A stretch of DNA of 63,015 nt, the filler included, from Welwitschia mirabilis (taxonomy: Eukaryota): the NCBI GenBank assembly GCA_051453625.1. It is 6 parts of one record of this genome, joined end to end, with 100 filler letters (N's around TTAATTAATTAA, not from the genome) between each part and the next. Parts side by side here need not be neighbours in the genome. Positions count along the whole stretch, not along the records: positions 38,457 to 46,729 come from JBOZIK010000001.1; positions 46,830 to 60,991 come from JBOZIK010000001.1; 4 more parts are not named here. One strand, written 5' to 3'. Every line of letters starts with the position of its first letter. The first letter of the stretch is position 1. The translations under genes and the position numbers were made by a program. Under the pieces are notes generated by a model. The model saw only the letters and a program-made list of their open reading frames with translations, had not been told where the DNA came from and ran no database searches. Positions 41,942 to 54,512 of the stretch are shown here, in pieces.

Positions 41942-44900
41942 GTCATGTAGGTCAAACAAGTAATTTATAACATAAGGAAGTTTCAAGGTTCTGAATCTAT
42001 TAGTGAAAGAACTGATAGAAGTCACCTTGATGCTTGTGTAGACCATGTTAGTAGTACGCAACATACAAAAGTGCCAAATTTTTAACTAGATTAGCCATGA
42101 AACCCACAAAAGGCAACTTAATGCTTGTGTAGGTTATGTTAGTAGTTCATAACATTAAGGGGATGCTAAAGTTCTAACTGGGATAGCTTTAGAATCCATA
42201 GAAGTCACATTGATACTCATGTAGACCATGTTAATAGTTAACAACATAAGGGTTCACCATGATTCTGATTGGATTAGCCGTGAAGTCCATAAAATCCACC
42301 TCAATTCTCAGGCAAGTTATGTTAATCATTCATAACATAAGATGGAAACATGATTTTGACCAAATCAACCATGGAATTTGTAGAATCCACCTAATACTCA
42401 TGTAGGTCATGTTAGTAGTTTACAATATAAGGTAGTACTAAGGTTCTAACTAGATCAATCATGAAACCCATAGAAGCCATCTTGATACTCATGTAAAGTA
42501 TGTTAGTAGTTTACAACATAAGATGATGTTAAGGTTCTAACTAGACAATCCATATGACCTATAAAAGATATTTCAATTATCATACAAGTGAAAAAATGAC
42601 TTCACAACATAATGGATTAATAGGGCTTTAACTAGATCAGCTATAAGATAAATAGAAACCACCTTGATGCTCATGCAGGCTATGTCAATAGTTCACAACA
42701 TAAGATGATGTTAGAATTATAACTAATTAGCTATGAGACCCATAAAGGCGATCTCAATACTTATGTAGGCCATGTTAATAGTTTACAATATAAGGGTATG
42801 TCAGGGTTCTAACTAGATTAGTTTTGGAATCCATAGACATAATCTTGATGCACATGTAGGCCATATTAGTAGCTTACAACATAAGGGACATTAAAGTTTT
42901 AACTGTATTAATCATAGAATCCACAGAAGTCACCTTGATACTCCTACAGATTATTTCAGTAGTTTACAACATAAGGCGGTGTCAAGGTTCTAATTAAATT
43001 AGTCGTGAAACGCATAAAAGGCATCTTGATGCTCATGCAAGTCATGTTAATAGTTCACAATATAACGAAATGCTAGGGATCTGACTGTATTATTCATGGG
43101 ATCTATAAAAGCCACCTATATTCTTATGTAGGTCATGTCAATAGTTTACAATATAAGGAAATACTAGGGTTTTGGTTGAATTAACCATAAAACTTACATG
43201 AGTCACCTTGATACTTATGTAGGCCATGTTAGTAGTTCATAACATAAGGAGACACTAAGGTTCTAACTAGACAACCTATATGGCCCATAAAAGATATATT
43301 GATTATTGTGCAAGTTAAAGAAGTAGTTTACAACATAATAAGATGTTAATATTCTAATTATATTAGTCATGGAATACATGGAAGCCATCTTGATGCTCAT
43401 GTAGGCTATGTTGATACTTCATAACATAAGGGGATACTAGGGTTCTAACAAATCATTCATGGAGCTCATAAAAGTCATCTCGATGCTCATGTAGACCATG
43501 TCAATAGTTTACAACATAATGGAGCACTAAGATCATGACTAAATCATCTATGGATCTACATAAGCCATTTCAATGCTTGTGTAGGTCATGTCAATAGTTT
43601 ATAACACAAGGGAGGTGCTAGGATTCTGACTCGATTAGTCATGGAATTCACATAATCCACTTCTTTATTCATGCTGGCCATGTTAAGAATTCACAAAATA
43701 TAAGGGCATTAAGATTCTGAGTAAATAATCCATATAGTCCACTAAAGATATTACAATTATTATAAAGATCAAAGAAGTGGTTTATAACATAAGGAAACAT
43801 TAGGATTCTAACTAAATAGGCTGTGGAACCCACATAAGCCATCTCAATGCTCATGCAAATCATGTCAGTAGTTTATAACATTAGAAGATGTTAAGGTTCT
43901 GACTAGACAATCCATACCATCACACAAAGATACCTTGATTATCATGTAGGCTAAAGAAGTGGTTCACAACATAAGAAAGCATTAGAGTTTTGATTAGATT
44001 AGTTATGGGATACACAGAAGTAACCTTGATGCTTGTAAAACTTATGTCAGTAGTTCACAACATAAGGGAATATTAATGTTCTAATTAGAAAACCCATATG
44101 ACCCACAAAATGTACCTTGATTATCATGTAGATTAAAGAAGCAGTTTACAACATAAGGGTGTGCTAGGGTTTGATGGGATTAGCCATGAAACCCTAGAAG
44201 CCACCTCAACGATCATGTAGGTCATGTCAATAGGTTACAATATAAGGGGTCATTAAGTTTATAAGTGAATTAGCCATGAAATCTAAAAAAGCCATCTTAA
44301 TACTTGTGTAAGCTACGTTAGTAGTTCAAAACATAAGGAAATGTTAAAATTCTAACTAGATTAGTCATAGGACCTATAGAAGTCATCTCAATGCTCATGC
44401 AGGCCATTTTAGTAGTTTACAACATAAGGAAGTACTAGAGTTCTAATTAGATTGAGATCCAGAAAAACCATCTTAATACTTGCGTAGGCTATGTCAGTAG
44501 TTGACAACATAAGGCATCCCAATGTTTTGATTAGAGATCTCATATGGTTTACAAAAGATATTTCAATAGTTGTGTACATCAAAGAAGTAGTTTACAACAT
44601 AAAAAGATGTTAGGGTTTTAACTTAATTAGTTATGAAATTCATAAAAGCCACCTTAATGCTCATGTAGGTCATGTCAACATTTTACAACATAAGGGGGTG
44701 TAAAGGTTCTAAATAGATAAATCATATTAACCTCAAAAGGTACCTCAATTATCATGTAGCTCAAAAGTAGTTTCCAATAAGAGGGAGCACTAAGGTTTTA
44801 ACTAAGTAAGCTATGAGAATAACATAAGACACCTTGATGCTTATACAAACCATGTTAGAAGTTTACAACATAAGGGGATGTTAAGGTTTTGACTAAATAG

Positions 44901-45270
44901 TTATATGGTCATCAAATGATATCTTGATTATTATGTAGGCTAAAGAAGTAGTTCACAATGTAAGGGGATGTTATGGTTTTAACTAGTCATGGGATTCACA
45001 GAAGCCACTATAATGCTCATGCAAGTCATGTCAGTGGTTCGCAACATAAGGAAATTCTAAGATTCTAATTAAATAGAACATCTAATCTATCAAAGATAAC
45101 TTTATTATCATGTAGGTTAAAGAAACAATTTAGAACATAATAGGCCATCAAGGTTCTGATTGGATCACCCTTATAATCCATGAAAGCCACCTTCATGCTC
45201 ATGTAGGTCATGGCAATAGTATATAACATAAGGAGGTATCAAGGCTCTAATACCAAACCTGTATAACCCA
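41942..45270 (+). repeat. 91-bp tandem array (satellite-like), right part, ~36 units of two monomer types
   Basis: ACAACATAAG core recurs at 42241, 42332, 42422, 42513, 42604, 42695, 42785, 42876, 42966, 43057 and onward (period 90-91). Confidence 0.95.
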
Positions 45271-45369
45271 TAGATCCCACATAATCATAAAAGAGATAAC
45301 TACTTAACTACAAGGGTAGATAATATTTATTTTATTATTAGTTGCTAATTAAGACAACAATGACTATGA

Positions 45370-45986
45370 TCATTACAATGCTAAAAATTAAAATGCCTAC
45401 TATATAAGGGTGAAGCAAAGGGATAAGAGTAGATGACATGAGGTAAAACCTTACCTTGGTTGGTTATGGAAGAACATTTAAATACTCACATCAATGCCTT
45501 AGAGAAAATACCTTACAAACTTCATAATTGATTGGAAAATAGCTATGTCAATGTAGAAGCTTCATCAAGAAAAAAAAAGATTAAACTTGATTCTATAAGT
45601 TTTAGAAGGATGACTTGAGATCAAAGAACTTATGAATGATAGTCTCAAATCCAAGCACAAAATAAAAAAATAGATCACTTAGCTAGGCAATCCTCATAGT
45701 CTACAAAGAAAATAACTCCAATTGATATCCACGAAAAAATCAACAAATGTAAAGATCAAATTGTCATTCACCCTAACAAACCATTTTCTATAGAATAGAA
45801 GATCATGACTTAATTGAGTATGTTAAAAAGGTGAAAATTCAAATGTATGTCAGAACTCCTAGATCTTGTGAAGAAGCCTTAGAGTGGTTACAATAATTAA
45901 AAACTACTTTAAACTAAAAAATGTGTGAAATGAACTATGAAGCAGATACATAGTTATGTTCTTTATCAAAGATACTATAACATGAT
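45370..45986 (+). pseudogene. Degenerate Ty3/gypsy Gag fragment directly downstream of the array
   Basis: VKKVKIQMYVRTPRSCEEALEWLQ*LKTTLN*KMC...RYIVMFFIKDTIT* fits the A..WL..E..F....C...A..WW Gag pattern. Cut by an LTR at 45987. Confidence 0.5.
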
Positions 45987-46729
45987 TGTTACGATGTGAA
46001 TTATGCAAACCTTAAGTCCTTTAAGCAAAACTTGTAAATCATAATGCTTATAAAAAATACATACTAGTATAGATGGGAGTTAATTTAAATATCATAATCC
46101 ATTGAAGGCACTAGGCTAGAAGTTAGAGAATCTATTTTCAAAAGTATTTTTGATCTTTTCTATTTTAGTAAATAAAAGTAAAAAAATATGAAAATACAAT
46201 GCAATGATAAATGAAGGTAAAATGCAAGGGATGAAAATGAAAATAATATGGATTCTATTTGGGATCTAATCCTCTGGTCACAAGAACTATTTCTATATAA
46301 CTTAGATTAACTACAAAGAGTTATATTACTTGTTTCTAGCCAACATAAACTATAAGACTTGCTAAATATAATATGAATAGTGTAATATGAAGTTGGAATG
46401 AAATAGCAATGCAAATCTAAACTAATGAGATCAAACTTTATAAAGGTTACCCTTATGATCTAGATAAATTATAGAACTATCCTAAACTATAATCAACTTA
46501 AACCATAAGGGATGTAGACATAATTATAGTGAAAATTGTAACTGAATTGATTATGAAACTTTTACATCCACTTACAATAATGGAGGATACTCAGTTTAAC
46601 ATTAAGGTAAACTTCTCTTTGTAGCTACTGGATGGACCTCTTATCCTTCGATCTTCCATCACAAGAACATTAGGTACTGTTGCGGTGTGTATTTGTGCAA
46701 TGATTCACGTTTCGATTCCAATCCTGTTA
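45987..46729 (-). repeat. Athila-family LTR (45987-46677) with a second, younger LTR end inserted at 46678
   Basis: TGTTACGATGTGAATTATGCA at 45987 and TGTTGCGGTGTGTATTTGTGCA at 46678, both the reverse complement of the family LTR 3' end. Confidence 0.75.
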
Positions 46730-46773
46730 NNNNNNNNNNNNNNNNNNNNNNNNNNNNNNNNNNNNNNNNNNNN

Positions 46774-46785
46774 TTAATTAATTAA
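46774..46785. other. Artificial assembly linker TTAATTAATTAA
   Basis: N44-linker-N44. Confidence 0.97.
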
Positions 46786-46829
46786 NNNNNNNNNNNNNNN
46801 NNNNNNNNNNNNNNNNNNNNNNNNNNNNN

Positions 46830-49800
46830 CATTTTGGTCTAATTCTTTCATCTGTAAAACTCAATCTCATCTGCACGTAATATATAATAATTTGCACTAC
46901 ATAAGAGAAATTAGTTTGACATCAATTGGCAAATATAATTTAACAATTTCCCCTTTTGACATTGATGGAAAGTAATTTATTGATTTTAAAAATTTAAACA
47001 ATTTAAGCTTATTCACTAAAACACTTTTAAGCACACATTTAAAAATCAAAACTTCCCCTTACACTAAGGCAAATACACATTCAATCAAAGAGTAAAATAT
47101 AATCATTTCTCTTTGTTTGACTAAAAAACATAAACATTTGAAAGCCCAATATCTCAATATCTTAAGAAAAACTTTTTGAAAGCATACTACCATTATCTCT
47201 CCCTCTTTAACATCAAAGGCAAATAAATATAAAATTTAGATAAATGGTCATAAATATCAATCATATTCTCTCCTCATATTCTCTCCCCCTATGTTGGTAC
47301 CAAATGATAAATAAAATTTTAACCCACATTTAGGCATTTTGAATAAACAAAATTTTTATGATTTTAAATGAGACAAGTTTTAAATATGTACCAATTTGAG
47401 AAAATACAATTTTACCAAAAATGATAATTAGAAATACTTATGAATTAAACATTTAAATGATATCCTTTGAGAATACAATACANNNNNNNNNNNNNNNNNN
47501 NNNNNNNNNNNNNNNNNNNNNNNNNNNNNNNNNNNNNNNNNNNNNNNNNNNNNNNNNNNNNNNNNNNNNNNNNNNNNNNNNNNNNNNNNNNNNNNNNNNN
47601 NNNNNNNNNNNNNNNNNNNNNNNNNNNNNNNNNNNNNNNNNNNNNNNNNNNNNNNNNNNNNNNNNNNNNNNNNNNNNNNNNNNNNNNNNNNNNNNNNNNN
47701 NNNNNNNNNNNNNNNNNNNNNNNNNNNNNNNNNNNNNNNNNNNNNNNNNNNNNNNNNNNNNNNNNNNNNNNNNNNNNNNNNNNNNNNNNNNNNNNNNNNN
47801 NNNNNNNNNNNNNNNNNNNNNNNNNNNNNNNNNNNNTACAATTTTACCAAAAATGATAATCAGAAATACTTATGAATTAAACATTTAAATGATATCCTTT
47901 GAGAACACAATACAAAATGATAATGGAAAAATTTGATCAAAAAACATTCAATAATTGGATTTTTTGTAAGAAAAAAATTTAATTATTTTTAAAACATATC
48001 AAGCTTAAAAATACCAAAAATGATGTAAGAATTAAGTAATATAAAATAACTATATTGCTATTTGAATTAAACAAAATATGTTACATGAGATGATGATCTT
48101 AAAATGTAAAAATGTTCATACATGAATAAGACAAAATAATTTATCAGACTATTTAAAAATTCAATGTACACAACAAAAGAATAAATCAGATGATAAAATA
48201 TATAGTTTTCTTTTATTTTGTTGCTATTACTGTGAAAGAACTTTTTAATAAACTAGGTAACCAAGTTAAAAACCAGTCGACTAACCTATACTGGTCGTGT
48301 TCGGTCAACCACCCTACACTTAATGATAGGATGGAGAAAGAACCCCTAGTTTGTGTCTAAGATGAATAAAAGTATTAAAATTTAAAGGTTTAGTAAAGAT
48401 ATCTACTAATTATTGATATGTAGAAATAAAATTTATAGATATATTACCTTTTTCAACTTGATCATGAATAAAATGGTGTCTAAGTTCAATATGCTTCATT
48501 CTAAATCAGATTTTTAGAAATATTAATAGCACTGGTATTATTACAAAAAATAGAACCTTGTTCAAAAAATATTCCAAAATCTCTTAACATTTCTTTCATC
48601 ATAAGAGGTGAGTATAACAACTTCCTGCAGCAATATATTTAGCTTCTGCAGTGGAAAGAGAAATAGAATTTTATATCTTACTTGCCTAACCAACTAGACA
48701 TGAACCTAGAAGGAAACAATTTTCACTTGTACTTTTTTGATCATCTTTGCATCCTGCCCAATCAGCATTACTAAAACTTGCAAGATCAAAAGATGTTTCA
48801 TTTGGATATCATAAACATAATTACATGTACCTTTTATATACCTAATTATTCTTTTTACTACTTAAAAATGCAATTCTTTTGGATTAGATTAATATCTTAC
48901 ACAAACTCCAATACTAAACATGATATCTACTTTACATGAGGTTGTTCAACATAGACTTCTTCATTGAATGATCCATTCAGAAAAGCACTTGTTATATCCA
49001 TTTGATAAACCTTAAAGTTTTTAAAAGCTATAAAAGATAAAAAAATTCTAATGCTATCTTTTTTGCAACAGAAGTAAAAGTATCTTCAACATCAATTCCT
49101 TCAATTTGGTTAAACCCTTGAACTACAAGTCTTGCTTTGTTTTTGATAATATTATTTTCTTCATCACATTTGTTTTTAAAGATCCATTTTATACCAATAA
49201 TATTATTATATTCTAGTCTCTCTACTAGTTTTTAAACATTTCTTCTCTTAAACTATTATAGCTCATCTTGCATTGTTAACATCCATTCTTCATGATTTTC
49301 TACTTCTTCAAAGTTATTGGGTTATATTTTTGAAACATAGCAGACATGGTCACATAAATGTTTCATTGAACCTCTTATTTTCACTCTTGAGTTAACTTCT
49401 CTAATGACAGATTCTAATGGATGATCTTTTAGAAGTTTAGGCTTTTTCAATGTACCTTATTTTACTTGAGCTTCATTTGTTTTAGTAACACCTTCATTTG
49501 TGATCAGAATACTTGGGTTTATGATTTCTTATTTATCTGAGTTGCTTACCTTTGAATCAATCTCATCAATTTTCACATTTATTAATTCTTCTAGAGTTAA
49601 GTTTCTTTTATTGAACACATCGTAGGCTCAACTTCTTGTTGAATATCCTAAAAAGATAGCTTCATCTGCTTTTGATTCAAATTTGCTCAAATTTTTCCAA
49701 TCTTTTAGGATATAACATTTACTTAAAAACACCTTAAAATATGACATATTTGGTTGTCTTCCATCCCATAAATCATAAGGTGTTTTATCAGTACCTGGTT

Positions 49801-51689
49801 TAAGATAAACTCTATTAATAATATAAGATGCTATGATAATGGCTTTAGCCCAAAAAGACTTAGATACTTCTTTATCATTTAGCATAGTTCAAGCCATTTT
49901 TTGAAGAACTCTATTCTTCCTTTCAGCTATACCATTTTTTTGTGGTGACTTTGAAGCTAAAAATTAATGATTGATACCATTTTCAATGCAATACTTTTTA
50001 AATAAATGGTTTTTAAACTCTCCACCATGATCACTTCTTATCTTCTTTATGGTGTAACCCTTTTCATTTTAGATCTTTTCGCAAATCTCAACCCAATGCT
50101 TGTAAGCTTGAGATTTATTAGACAAAAAGGCAATCCAAGTATAATCTAGAATAGCCATTAACCATTGTGAAAAAATAATGCTTTCCACCTAGACAACGAG
50201 TTTGAGCAGGTCCAACTAAATTCATATGAATGAGTTCTAATGGAATTGAAGTAGAAACATGAGTTTTACTTTTATAAGAGGTTCTAATTTGTTTCCCCTA
50301 TTGACATACATCACACAACCCTTGTTTTTCTATATTTATCTTAGGAATTCCTATAATAATAATTTTACTAATAATAAATTTTAATTAATCATAATTAACA
50401 TGTTCTAATCATTTATGCCATAATTCATCTTAAGGAACATTCAAAAAAAAAACAAGGAGAAACTAATTGATCTATGCTATATACATTATTTATTTTGCTA
50501 GCTCTAAGAATCACATCATTTGATTTTCCATGTATAATTTCACATTTTGATTTATCAAAGACTACTTTATGACCTTTATCACAAATTTAACTAATGCTCA
50601 ATAAATTGTGCTTTAAACCACTTACATATAAAACTTCATTAATTTTAGGAAGGTTACCTCCACTAATGCCTTCTCCAAGATCACTTCTCCTCCATCAAAG
50701 TGGCTTAGATATTTGAATCTAGATTTTTCTTTTGTCATGTGCCTCAAACTTCCACTATCAAAATACTAGCTTGTGCTACTTGAGACTTTGAAGGCTGTCT
50801 AGATCAACAATCTTTTAAGGTTGTTAGCTTTTGTCCACATAGTTCTTTTAGACTTATGTGGTAAACTTTTCTTAGAAATAAATGTAAATGAAAAATAAAT
50901 ACCAGAATTTGAAAATAACATTAACTTTCTAGCATTTCACATAAATTTTAAATGGCTAGATTTTTCACAAAAATGACAAGTAAGTTTTAAAACAAAATTA
51001 CTATAATTGGTTACTTCAGTTTCCTATGCTTGAGGTTTCTTTGAAATGAACCCAATACCTATTTTGTTTCCAAGTATTTTTTGAACTCCAAGCATTTGTT
51101 TTAATCTGGTAGATCCACCTAAAAACTTATTAACAACATATGATAAATCTTTTACCTGCAAAGTGAGATTGATGTTTTCGGATTTTACTTTTTCAAATCT
51201 TGATTTCAACTCATTATTTTCTTAGATGAGGGATTTTATAACCTCGTTTAGGTCATTAATCTTTTTGGCTAATTTTTCACATTCTTGATACAATTCTTCA
51301 TAAGTATCTTTAAGATCAACTTCATCTTCATCATTGACTAAGGAATTTGGAACATTATGTAAAGATGGCACAAAAGCCATAAAAGAGAGTCTCCTTTCTC
51401 TATTATGCTCTTAAGCCTTTTTTTATCTCCTTTACTTAAATCCTATTAGTTTTTCCCTTTTGTAATTTATTTAAACATATATCCAAATGCTATCTAGAGA
51501 AAATAGATAAAGGCACAAGTTTTTAAGGAGAGCATGCTAAAAAGTTCATCAACGAGATTATCCATTATCAAGTTCTAAGTCTAGATCTATTAAAATCTCT
51601 CAAAGACTAACGCAGATCTAATATCAAATGATAGGATTAAGAACCCTGGGGAGAAGGAAGGGGGGAGGGGGATGCAAAGGGAGTGGGGG
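46830..51689 (-). mobile_element. SIRE-2: Gag-truncated, PR-IN-RT(partly deleted)-RH, no env-like ORF
   Basis: 5' LTR edge at 51629. Integrase PLELIHMNLVGP and ORF 49628-49885. RT KARLVVQGFNQIEGID. RNase H at ~48380-48900. Multiple PPT-like tracts (~47280, 47198, 47052, 46946). 3' LTR start at 46945. Confidence 0.9.
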
Positions 51690-51789
51690 NNNNNNNNNNN
51701 NNNNNNNNNNNNNNNNNNNNNNNNNNNNNNNNNNNNNNNNNNNNNNNNNNNNNNNNNNNNNNNNNNNNNNNNNNNNNNNNNNNNNNNNN

Positions 51790-54512
51790 CAGGTCTAACT
51801 AAATTCATATGAATAAGTTCTAATGGCATTGAAGTGAAAACATGGGTTTTACTCTTATGAGAGGTTCTAATTTGTTTCCCCTTTTGCCATGCATTACAAA
51901 ACCCTCGTTTTTCTATGTTTATCTTAGGGATTTTTCTAATAGTATTTTTACAAATAATTAATTTTAATTAATCATAATTAACATGTCTTAAATATTTATG
52001 CCATAATTCATTAAAGGAACATTCGAGAAATAGCAATGAGAAAATGATTGATCTATGTTATACACATTGTCTATTCTGCTAGCTCTAAGAATTACATCAT
52101 TCGACTTTTCATGTATAATTTCACATTTTGATTTATCAAAAATTACTTTATGACCTTTGTCACAAATGTGACTAATGCTTAATAAATTATGCTTCAAACC
52201 ACTTAGATATAAAACTTCATTAATTCTAGGAAGATTAGTTCCATCAATGCTTCTAATGTCTTCTATTTTTACTCTTCCATTACCTCCAAAGTTTTCTTCT
52301 CCTCCATCAAAGTGGCTTAGATGTTTAAATTTAAATTTTATCTTGTTATGTGCCTTGAACATCCACTATCCAGATACCAACTAGTGTTATTTTATGACTT
52401 TGAAAGCTATCTGAATCAATAAAATTTTAAGATCATTAGCTTTTACTTACATAGTCCTTTTAGACTTATGTGATACATTCTTCTTAGGAATAAATTTAAA
52501 TGGAAGAGAGCTAACTGAATTTGAGAATAATATTAACTTTCTAACATTACACATAAATTTTAAATGACCTAATTTTTCACAAAAATGATAGATAAGCTTT
52601 GAAAGGAAATTACCATAATTGGTTACTCGAGTTTGCTGTGATTGAGGTTTCTGTGAGAACCCAATACTTGATTTATTTCCAACCATTTTTTGAACTTCAA
52701 GCATTTATTTCAATCTAGCTGATCCACCTAAAAACTTATTAATAAAATATGACAAATCTATTACTTGCAACTTGAGATCAGTGTTTTCAGCTTTTACTCT
52801 TTTAAATCTTGCTTGTTTCCAACCCATTCTTTTCCTTGGTGAGACATTTTATAATCTTGTTTAGGTCATTAATCTTTCTAGCTAGTTTTTATGCTCTTGA
52901 TATAACTCTTGAGAAGTGTCTTCCAAATCATCTTTATCATCATCATTGACTAAGGATTTTGGCACATTCTATAGTGATGGCATAAAAGCCATAAAAGAGA
53001 GTCTCCTTTTATCTGATCCCTGTGAGTTTTTCTTTTTTGCAATCTATTTAAACATAGAGCCATGTACTATCCAAAGAAAATAGATAAAGGCATAGGTTTA
53101 GGGAGGGAATNNNNNNNNNNNNNNNNNNNNNNNNNNNNNNNNNNNNNNNNNNNNNNNNNNNNNNNNNNNNNNNNNNNNNNNNNNNNNNNNNNNNNNNNNN
53201 NNNNNNNNNNTCCTTTTATCTGATCCCTGTGAGTTTTTCTTTTTTGCAATCTATTTAAACATATAGCCATGTACTATCCAAAGAAAATAGATAAAGGCAT
53301 AGGTTTAGGGAGGGAATGCTAAAGAATTCATTAAAGAGAGTACCCATTGTAGGGTTCTAAGTCTAAATTAGTTAAGACCTACTAAATGATAGAATCAAGA
53401 ACCCTGGACGGAGGAGGAGGGGGGGAGGGTCGTGGCGAGGGAGGAATAGGTTCTTTCAAAAACTTAAGCTAAAAATAGATAAAAATTAACTAATCATAGC
53501 TTGCATGTAAAAATAATGAAATTAAGAATTTGCATATAAGAAATGAAAAACTAAATGTAAAAAATCAAAAGATAGAAAACATAAGCTACCAAGTTAGATG
53601 CACATAGGATTTATAGTGGTTTGGAAACTTCCCTATTTCACTCTTGATGATTAACTTCTATCAAGCTTGATCTCAGATCTTTATTACTTCACAAGTTTTT
53701 CTAGGTTCACATATAACCCTTACAAATAGACTTTTATAGTTTAAGTCTCAACTTTAATAATAAATTTTTTCAAGCTACATCTCAAACTTAACAATCAATA
53801 AATGTGATGTAATACAGCCTTGATAGCTCAAATGTTATGAATTTAGTATCAGTATAATGTATGGAGACCTTCTCCAATAGATCACAATGATGAAGCTCTT
53901 AGATTTAATTCCAAGAGTAGTTCTTTTGCCAAGTATAGATCTCCTCAATTATATATGAATCAATCTAATGATGTTCCAATGAAAAATACAGTCTGATCTT
54001 TTAAATCCATAATAGTAAAGCCAAATTTGAACAATGTCAAAAAGATCTTTAGATCAACTATTTCCTAACTATTTATAATGGAGGGTTATTAGGCTTTATT
54101 ACAAATGAATTACTTCTTCAACTGCTATAAATGACTAGAAAACAGCTAGGTAATGGATACATAATGTTTACAACTTTTGCTTTTTTGCATCATCTAGTTG
54201 AATCCACAAAAATTCGGTCAACCCCATGAGAAGTTAATCGACCCCATCCTGGGTCTGGTTAACCCCTTGCCTTTCAGTCTGGAACTATGGACTATTAGCT
54301 TCTCAGGTCTGGTTAACCCCATGAAAATCTAGTAGACCCCTTTTCATTTAGTTCAGGGATACTAGTTCTTGAGATTATAGGTCAGTTAATCCCTTAAGAA
54401 TTTGGCCAACCCATCTAGGTTTAGTTCATTTCTTTGTGACTGCTTCAAGTGTGGTCGACCCCTTTAGAATCTGGTTGATCCCTTTAGAATCTGGTCGACC
54501 CCCATTGGAGGT
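51790..54512 (-). mobile_element. SIRE-3 5' part: LTR (53387-54512), truncated Gag, protease, integrase start
   Basis: ORFs 51988-52362 and 52447-52704; diverged paralog of 50210-51628; PBS largely deleted. Confidence 0.85.

Noticed and set aside
41942-45270. Array as a CRISPR-like or protein-coding repeat
   Set aside because: Whole monomers are homologous, there are no unique spacers, the variable part is explained by CpG decay, the period of 91 is not a multiple of 3, and no cas genes are present.
41942-45270. Monomer as tRNA/SINE-derived (GGTTCTGA resembles box B)
   Set aside because: No proper GTTCGA box B, no box A and no cloverleaf could be supported by eye.
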